Assembly: GCA_944392795.1 (NCBI GenBank) | Contig: CALXXX010000019.1 | Coordinates: 15,916-79,915 of the forward strand | Origin: an uncultured Alphaproteobacteria bacterium | Lineage (GTDB): Bacteria > Pseudomonadota > Alphaproteobacteria > CAAHEQ01 > UBA3637 | Length of the DNA stretch: 64,000 bases | Direction of reading: 5' to 3' | Shown here: positions 58,112-64,000 of the stretch, piece after piece | How positions within the stretch are numbered: position 1 is the first letter of the stretch | Layout of the letters: each line of letters opens with the position of its first letter | Notes under the pieces: generated by a model | What the model was told of the DNA's origin: nothing | Seen by the model: only the letters and a program-made list of their open reading frames with translations | Database searches by the model: none | Program-made: the position numbers and the translations under genes

Positions 58112-58936
58112 TTATAAATCGGTTTTTGCTACACAATCAAACGCCATCATTTTTTTCAATAAGTTTTCCAACTCAGCAAAAACAATCATATTAGGACCAT
58201 CACTGGGAGCTTTGTCCGGATCTTTGTGTGTTTCGACAAATACACCGGCTATTCCGGTCGTCAGAGCAGCATTTGCTATAACGGGTGCAAACCGTCTGTC
58301 TCCGCCAGAAGAGGAACCCTGTCCTCCGGGTTGTTGTACCGCATGCGTTGCGTCAATAATCACAGGATATCCTGTTTCTTTCATAATAGGTAAACTCCGC
58401 ATATCAACGATCAAGGTGTTATATCCAAAAGAAACGCCTCTCTCCGTTAATAAGATATTCTGATTGCCAGAATCGGCAATTTTAGCGGCGACATTTTTCA
58501 TATCCCAAGGCGCTAAGAACTGTCCTTTTTTGACATTGATGACAGAGCCTGTTCGAGCTGCGGCGACAAGTAAATCCGTTTGTCGACATAAAAAAGCCGG
58601 AATTTGTAAAATATCCACAACTTCTGATGCTGGAAGACATTGAGCGGGTTCATGGATATCTGTTAAAGTTAAGCAGCCGACTTGTTCCTTAATCTCTTGA
58701 AAAGCAGACAATCCTTTTTCTAATCCTAATCCGCGTTTCCCGGATAAAGAGGTGCGATTAGCTTTATCAAAAGAGGCTTTAAATACAAAAGGGATTCCAA
58801 GACGGTCTGTCAATTCTTTCAAAGCAGTGGCCATTTCAAGCCCATGCTCCCGACTTTCCATTTGACAAGGACCAGCAATCAAAACAAACGGTAAATCATT
58901 ACCGAATGTAACATTTTTAACAGAAACATGTTTCAT
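58112..58936 (-). CDS. kdsA: 3-deoxy-8-phosphooctulonate synthase
   Basis: KdsA motifs (..LPFVLIAGPCQMES; KASFDKANR.S; conserved HxH region). Start moved to ATG 58936 (MKHVSVKN). Confidence 0.9.
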   Translation of the reverse strand: MKHVSVKNVTFGNDLPFVLIAGPCQMESREHGLEMATALKELTDRLGIPFVFKASFDKANRTSLSGKRGLGLEKGLSAFQEIKEQVGCLTLTDIHEPAQCLPASEVVDILQIPAFLCRQTDLLVAAARTGSVINVKKGQFLAPWDMKNVAAKIADSGNQNILLTERGVSFGYNTLIVDMRSLPIMKETGYPVIIDATHAVQQPGGQGSSSGGDRRFAPVIANAALTTGIAGVFVETHKDPDKAPSDGPNMIVFAELENLLKKMMAFDCVAKTDL

Positions 58937-58940
58937 CAAA

Positions 58941-59231
58941 TTATTCCTGAACTGGAGCTTCAATAGGAACGGTCGTTGTCACCATACTGGTTCTTTGCAA
59001 GTCACGTTTTGCTAAAATACCTAATGTGAGTGTTGTTACAACAAAGCAAAAAGCTAAAATAGCTGTCAAACGAGTGAGCATGTTTCCGACAGAACGACCT
59101 GTCATAAAGCTGGTTGCTGCTGTTCCGCCGCCTAAGCCTCCTAAAGCACCGCCTTCAGAACGCTGTAATAAGACTAAGGCGCACAAAAATACGGCTAAAA
59201 TAATATCAATAACAAGAACGACAGTATACAT
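58941..59231 (-). CDS. secG: preprotein translocase subunit SecG
   Basis: Two TM helices with the Gly-rich loop (LLQRSEGGALGGLGGG) typical of SecG. Conserved tpiA-secG adjacency. Confidence 0.8.
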   Translation of the reverse strand: MYTVVLVIDIILAVFLCALVLLQRSEGGALGGLGGGTAATSFMTGRSVGNMLTRLTAILAFCFVVTTLTLGILAKRDLQRTSMVTTTVPIEAPVQE

Positions 59232-59290
59232 TTGTTTTCCTTTCTTTTTCTTTTGCCTCTGTCAAATAGGTTTTAAGAGGATTTTTGTAT

Positions 59291-60055
59291 TTATTTTTGT
59301 AATTGTGTTTCGGCAATTGCCCAAAAATCATCTGCTTTTAAGCTGGCACCGCCAATAAGTGCTCCGTCTACATCCGGCAAGCTTAATAACTCTGCTGCAT
59401 TGTTGGGCTTGACGGAACCACCATAAAGCAGTTGCATCTTTTGAGCCGTTTCTGAACCGAGCATATTAGTTAAAGTTTGGCGCATAAAAGCATGCATTTC
59501 TTGAACATCAGCGCTGGTGGGCGTTTTACCTGTTCCAATTGCCCAAACTGGTTCATAGGCAATCACAACTTTGCCAGCTTCGGCTTCTTCAGGAACAGAA
59601 CCTTTTAATTGTTGACCAACGACGGCTAATGCTTGACCGGCCTCTCGTTCTTGGAGTGTTTCTCCAACACAAATAATGACACCTAAACCGGCTCTGAGAG
59701 CCGCTTTTGCTTTTTCTTTGACTAAAGTATCAGTTTCTCCGTGATCAGCACGACGTTCTGAGTGACCGACAATTACGCCGCCACAGCCTAAATCTTTAAT
59801 CATTTCCGGACTGACATCCCCGGTGTGAGCTCCTTTTTCTTCAACAGCGCAGTCTTGTGCTCCAATCCATACACCTGTTGCTTTTGTTGCTTGCACAACT
59901 GCATCCAGCAATGTAAAAGGAGGAGCCATGAATACATCAAAAGAGGGCGTAGACAATGCTTTATATCGACGAGCAATTTCTAACGCTAAAGAAACTCCAG
60001 CTTCTTTATAGCAATTCATTTTCCAATTTCCGGCAATTAATTTTCTTCTTGTCAT
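59291..60055 (-). CDS. tpiA: triose-phosphate isomerase
   Basis: ..LIAGNWKMN; catalytic ..AYEPVWAIGTG; GGS.K..N. Start moved to ATG 60055. Confidence 0.9.
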   Translation of the reverse strand: MTRRKLIAGNWKMNCYKEAGVSLALEIARRYKALSTPSFDVFMAPPFTLLDAVVQATKATGVWIGAQDCAVEEKGAHTGDVSPEMIKDLGCGGVIVGHSERRADHGETDTLVKEKAKAALRAGLGVIICVGETLQEREAGQALAVVGQQLKGSVPEEAEAGKVVIAYEPVWAIGTGKTPTSADVQEMHAFMRQTLTNMLGSETAQKMQLLYGGSVKPNNAAELLSLPDVDGALIGGASLKADDFWAIAETQLQK

Positions 60056-60135
60056 TTTATGATCCTTTATTTGTGTTAAACACCTGTCTGTATTCTTAGC
60101 AGATTCTTCCGATTTTTCAAGTATTATCTTTATCA

Positions 60136-60166
60136 TAAAAAAGCCGGAGATGCTCTCCGGCTTTTT
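60136..60166 (-). terminator. intrinsic terminator downstream of the 60183..62498 gene
   Basis: A5, then AGCCGGAG-atgct-CTCCGGCT, then T5 (bidirectional-capable). Confidence 0.7.
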
Positions 60167-60182
60167 AAAATAAGGTTAAATC

Positions 60183-62498
60183 TTAACCACGACCGTTTGA
60201 TAATTTTTGCTTTAAAAGGGAAGTTGTCGATACGGCAACGGATTTTTCTCCTTCTTCCAAACCTAAGCCCTTTCCGCTCCATTTTAACTGAGCACGTTTA
60301 GCTTCTTTGTTTGCTAATGTCAAAGCTTTTTGAATATCTTCATCAGACAGACCTTTAGATTTTAAGAACTCTGCCAATGTCTGAGGATTTTTTTGTGATT
60401 GTTGCACTTGTTCTTTTTTCTCAGAGACAGCAGGTTGTTTTCCTTCTGCTTCTGGTTTGAAAGCACTTACAGTAATATTGACGTCCTCAGCACCTGTTCC
60501 GACATAAGTGTAAGCTTCCACAGGCTTTGTTTCATCTGCTTTGACTTCGGCGGTTTGCTGTTCTTTTTCAGAAGTAAACAATCCGGATACTTTTTCAACA
60601 CTTTTTTGCGCAAAATTTGAAACATCTCCAGGTAAGTCTTTGACGACTTGAGCTGTTCCATCCACCATTTTGTTAAACCCTTCTTTTGTCGTAAAGGCAT
60701 CAGCAACAACATGTCCTGCATCTTTGACTTTATCATAAGCTGCAGCAATTTGATCACCTGTTCGTTGCATAAATGTTTTGGGATGAGGGTTCATTTCAGG
60801 CGGCAAAGCGACAGGTAAAGCGCCGAATGTAGGTGTTACAATGGTTACGATATAAGGATCTGGTTCAAACTGTCGAACAGTCCAATTTTTTGCATCCGTT
60901 AAAGCGTCTCCCATGTAATCATAAGCTGTTTGTGCTCCGGCTTTTGTCGATTGCCAGACGCTATCCATTGTTGTTCCTTTTTCGAAGGTGAGATTATCTA
61001 CAAAGCGATTCCATCCTTCTTGAGTAGGTGTAACTGCATCTAAAGCTTCTTCTAATAATGTTGGATCAGCAGCTTCTGCAGAAGGTTTTTCTGTTTGAGC
61101 AATTTGTGCGTTTTCTTTTTGAGCAGGTGTAAGCGCATCTATAACAGAATTAAATCCACCTTTGACACTTTGCCATACACCATCCGTTGTGGTGCCATCT
61201 TTGAAAGTCAAATTATCAACAAAAGTATTCCAGCCTTTTTCTAATGAGTTTGGCCCGGTTGCTTCTTGAGTAGTCGTTTCTGCTTGAGCAACTTCAGGTT
61301 TTGCAACTTCTTCTTGAACGGATGTTGTTTTAGTCGCCTCTTGAGCAATTTGTGCGTTTTCTTTTTGAGCAGGTGTAAGCGCATCTACAACAGAGTTAAC
61401 TCCTCCTTTGACACTTTGCCACATACCGTCGGTTGTTGTCCCTTTTTCAAAAGTAAGATTATCTCCGATAACCTGCATTGTTTCTTTTGATGGCGTGACA
61501 TAATCAACTGTGTCAGAAGCAATTTGAACAGTGCCATTCCAAATTTTTTGTAAACCTTCTTGTGTCGGCGTAATAGCATCTAAAGCATCTCCGACTTGTT
61601 GTTGACTTGGTAAGATGGAAGAAACAACATCAATCGTTCCATTCCAAGCTCCCTTGGTTTCTTGAATGATGGTGTCTGTGACTTTTTCTAATCCGGTTTT
61701 TTCGTCGAAACCATAAGTTTGATATTCTCCATTTTCATCTAAGTACATACCAAAACCTTTTGGTATATTTGTCTCATCATCCATTCCCATCATGGCATTG
61801 AGCTGTTCTAATGTTTCTCGTTCTTGTGCCATATAGCGGCCGATCGCTTTTAAAGCTTCTTTTTGTTCGCTCTCTGTTAATCGTTGTTGTTCTGGGTTTT
61901 GTGGAGCCACTTCGGAAGGTGCAGAAGAAGGTGTTTCAACATTGGATTCTTGTTGAACGGTTGGTGTTTGTTCTACTGTTGAAGAAGATTGCTCAGCTAC
62001 TTGAGTTTGCACTTGAATTCCGGTTGTTCCATTTGCTCGATTTTGACGCGCCAAAGCCATCACTTCCTCAAAAGACTGTGGATTTTGGGGAGCTGGAGTG
62101 TTTTCCGTTGACGATTGTCCGGGCATTCCGATACCTGCAGCTGTGATTTTATCGTTAATCGTAGAAGGGGCTTCATTAGAAACTTGAACTTCAATTCCAG
62201 ATGTGTTTGTTCCATAACCGGAAGCGGCTAATCGCCCTTGTTCCAGGACTTGCTCAAAGGCAGAAGCAGCAGAGTTTTCAATACGATTTTGCTGTGCTTG
62301 TGCAATATTTAAACCAGATTGGTCAGAACGAACTTCAACGCGTTCTTGAGCTTGTCGTGCGGCTTTTGCAAAAGGAGACTCATACTCATATCCTGTATAA
62401 TGACGAAGCATGGCATTGCCACCCATTAAAATACCTGCGCAAGCAATTAAAGATAATAATTTATGATTTTTGATGAAACGTGAAACAACACTGGCCAT
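60183..62498 (-). CDS. large lineage-specific repetitive protein (N-terminal TM anchor, Gln/Thr/Glu-rich low-complexity segments, tandem 81-aa repeats)
   Basis: 771-aa ORF with a single N-terminal hydrophobic segment. Repeated module ..(F/I)VDNLTF(K/E)(D/K)GTT(T/M)D(G/S)(V/M)WQS(V/T)K(G/A)G.NSV(I/V)DALTPAQKENAQIAQ.. in at least 3 copies. No family recognised. Confidence 0.6.
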   Translation of the reverse strand: MASVVSRFIKNHKLLSLIACAGILMGGNAMLRHYTGYEYESPFAKAARQAQERVEVRSDQSGLNIAQAQQNRIENSAASAFEQVLEQGRLAASGYGTNTSGIEVQVSNEAPSTINDKITAAGIGMPGQSSTENTPAPQNPQSFEEVMALARQNRANGTTGIQVQTQVAEQSSSTVEQTPTVQQESNVETPSSAPSEVAPQNPEQQRLTESEQKEALKAIGRYMAQERETLEQLNAMMGMDDETNIPKGFGMYLDENGEYQTYGFDEKTGLEKVTDTIIQETKGAWNGTIDVVSSILPSQQQVGDALDAITPTQEGLQKIWNGTVQIASDTVDYVTPSKETMQVIGDNLTFEKGTTTDGMWQSVKGGVNSVVDALTPAQKENAQIAQEATKTTSVQEEVAKPEVAQAETTTQEATGPNSLEKGWNTFVDNLTFKDGTTTDGVWQSVKGGFNSVIDALTPAQKENAQIAQTEKPSAEAADPTLLEEALDAVTPTQEGWNRFVDNLTFEKGTTMDSVWQSTKAGAQTAYDYMGDALTDAKNWTVRQFEPDPYIVTIVTPTFGALPVALPPEMNPHPKTFMQRTGDQIAAAYDKVKDAGHVVADAFTTKEGFNKMVDGTAQVVKDLPGDVSNFAQKSVEKVSGLFTSEKEQQTAEVKADETKPVEAYTYVGTGAEDVNITVSAFKPEAEGKQPAVSEKKEQVQQSQKNPQTLAEFLKSKGLSDEDIQKALTLANKEAKRAQLKWSGKGLGLEEGEKSVAVSTTSLLKQKLSNGRG
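60900..61500 (-). repeat. intragenic tandem repeat, period about 243 bp (81 codons), at least 3 copies
   Basis: Near-identical nucleotide stretches, e.g. 61100-61220 and 61343-61465 (CAATTTGTGCGTTTTCTTTTTGAGCAGGTGTAAGCGCATCTA(T/C)AACAGA...TTTGACACTTTGCCA(T/C)A(C/T)ACC(A/G)TC(C/G)GTTGT), with a third more diverged copy at about 60900-61020. Confidence 0.7.
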
Positions 62499-62665
62499 GA
62501 TAACTTTTCCTTTCTTCCCCTTAATTTAGTGTATATCTTTATTTATAGCATATTTTGATATCTTTGTCAAATTTTTTGTCCTTGTTTGAAGGGCGAAAAA
62601 TTCTTTTATAAGATGATGCTTTATTAAGGCGGATTTTAATCAAAAAAGATAAAAATTTACTTAAA

Positions 62666-62704
62666 ATAAAAAGCCGGAACAGTTTTTGTTCCGGCTTATT
62701 TTTG
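62666..62704 (-). terminator. intrinsic terminator downstream of cysS
   Basis: AGCCGGAAC-agttttt-GTTCCGGCT flanked by A/T runs. Confidence 0.65.
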
Positions 62705-64000
62705 TTAAGAGATAAATTTGACGACGGGACCAGTTGGCGTATCTTTTATTTCAATACCCATTTCAGCCAATTGAGCTTTCAAGGCATCTGCTTTAGCCCA
62801 ATCTTTTGCCAGTCGATATTTCTGGCGTTCGTCAATCAGAGCTTGTTGTTCGGAGGTTAATTGTTGTTCTTTGGCTTTTTCCAGTAAGCCTAAGACCGTG
62901 TCAAATTTTTCCATCGTTTGACGCACACAAGCCGCATTGTCAGAAGAAAGCTCGGCAAAAGCTCGATTTACTTCACTCATAAAATCAAAGACGGCAGCTA
63001 AAGCTTCTGGTGTGTTTAAGTCATTATCCATACCCGCTTCGAATTTTTCAATCGCTTTTTGAATCACTTCATTGCAAGCTGACCAACCCGCTCCGGATGC
63101 TTGTCCCAAGCGTTCCATAAAGTTATTTAATCTATCAATGACGGATTGATTTCCGGGCATGTTTTCTTCTTTGAAATCCATTGTCTGACGGTAATGAGAA
63201 CGCAGCATTTCATAGCGTATGGCTCTCGGTGTATATCCTTTATTTAACAAATCTCGTAAGGTGTAGAAATTATGCTTTGATTTGGACATCTTTTGTCCGT
63301 TAACCATCAGATGAGCGTTATGCATGAAAAAGTTGCAGAACAGTGTACCATAAGCACATTCGGATTGCGCAATTTCATTTGTATGATGCGGGAAAATTAA
63401 ATCTACGCCGCCCACATGAATATCAAAAGGTTGACCTAAATGTTTATGGCTGATGGTTGAGCATTCAATATGCCATCCCGGACGACCGCGTCCTAACGGC
63501 GTATCCCAGTAAACATCTCCATCCGCTTCTGTCCATGCTTTCCAAAGAGCAAAGTCCTGTGCATCTTCTTTTTCATATTCATCAGCCAGGCGTCCATCTG
63601 CATTTACTTTTAACTTGCTGGCGTCAATGTTAGCCATTTCACCATAAGCGGGGAAAGAGCTAATTTTAAAGAATACATCACCGGTTTCTGTTTGGTAAGC
63701 ATGTCCTTTTTGCATCAGCAATTGAATTGTTTCGACCATTGCGTCAATTTCATCGGTTGCGCGAATCACTTTATCGGGGCGAGAAATGTTGAGCGTTGTT
63801 AAATCTTCAAAGAATTTATCGGCGTAAATTGTCGTAAAATCTCGGATAGGTTGCCCGGCTTCTCGAGAACCGCGTATTGTTTTGTCATCGACATCTGTTA
63901 AATTCATTGCAAAGGTGACATCAAAACCTTTGTATTTTAGATAACGATACAATAAATTGTAAAAAACATAAGCGCGTAAATTGCCGATATGAGCATAATT
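62705..64000 (-). CDS. cysS: cysteinyl-tRNA synthetase (5' end outside window)
   Basis: The frame stays open to the window edge, where the reverse-strand translation reads ..NYAHIGNLRAYVFYNLLYRYLKY.. (class-I HIGH motif as HIGN). The ORF track's first Met (MYRYLKY..) is internal. CysRS Zn-binding and anticodon-binding regions are present, and KMSKS is present as KMSKSK. Confidence 0.9.
   Translation of the reverse strand, partial: NYAHIGNLRAYVFYNLLYRYLKYKGFDVTFAMNLTDVDDKTIRGSREAGQPIRDFTTIYADKFFEDLTTLNISRPDKVIRATDEIDAMVETIQLLMQKGHAYQTETGDVFFKISSFPAYGEMANIDASKLKVNADGRLADEYEKEDAQDFALWKAWTEADGDVYWDTPLGRGRPGWHIECSTISHKHLGQPFDIHVGGVDLIFPHHTNEIAQSECAYGTLFCNFFMHNAHLMVNGQKMSKSKHNFYTLRDLLNKGYTPRAIRYEMLRSHYRQTMDFKEENMPGNQSVIDRLNNFMERLGQASGAGWSACNEVIQKAIEKFEAGMDNDLNTPEALAAVFDFMSEVNRAFAELSSDNAACVRQTMEKFDTVLGLLEKAKEQQLTSEQQALIDERQKYRLAKDWAKADALKAQLAEMGIEIKDTPTGPVVKFIS

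Overview
This 64 kb window is a low-GC chromosomal segment of a Gram-negative, probably host-associated alphaproteobacterium; that placement is an inference from gene content and order, not a database result. Conserved blocks supporting it are rplM-rpsI, Zn-ribbon/Sel1-miaB-phoH-ybeY-corC, ftsE-ftsX, lptE-holA, ftsK-lolA, and kdsA-secG-tpiA with cysS. Most of the window is core housekeeping: ribosomal proteins L28, L13, S9 and an unlisted L36; the RNase P RNA; tRNA-Met and tRNA-Lys; Lgt, Lnt, LolA and LptE; enolase, TpiA, KdsA, GpsA and IspH; LysRS and CysRS; RNase PH, RNase D and the CCA-adding enzyme; and an LplT-Aas fusion. Several accessory or anomalous features stand out. (1) A 2.2 kb islet between an intact tRNA-Lys and a direct repeat of its 3' half carries a MoaA/viperin-like radical-SAM gene and a NUDIX hydrolase gene. 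(2) A probably horizontally acquired redox cluster comprises a TAT-exported DUF362 protein, a signal-peptide flavodoxin and a NapH-NapG-like fused polyferredoxin. A pilin-like gene with a novel paired-cysteine (CC-dyad) domain sits inside it. (3) A second CC-dyad gene is inserted between kdsA and eno and is held out of frame by a 12-nt poly-C tract, a candidate phase-variation switch. (4) Two further dispersed pilin-like paralogs carry an atypical G|RSMIEML prepilin signal. (5) A leuS 3' remnant lies upstream of lptE-holA. (6) A 771-aa protein contains roughly 243-bp intragenic tandem repeats. (7) Two ankyrin-repeat proteins are present. No rRNA, CRISPR array, transposase or integrase was seen. 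All calls come from reading the six-frame translations and the nucleotide sequence by eye; RNA ends and some start codons are approximate.
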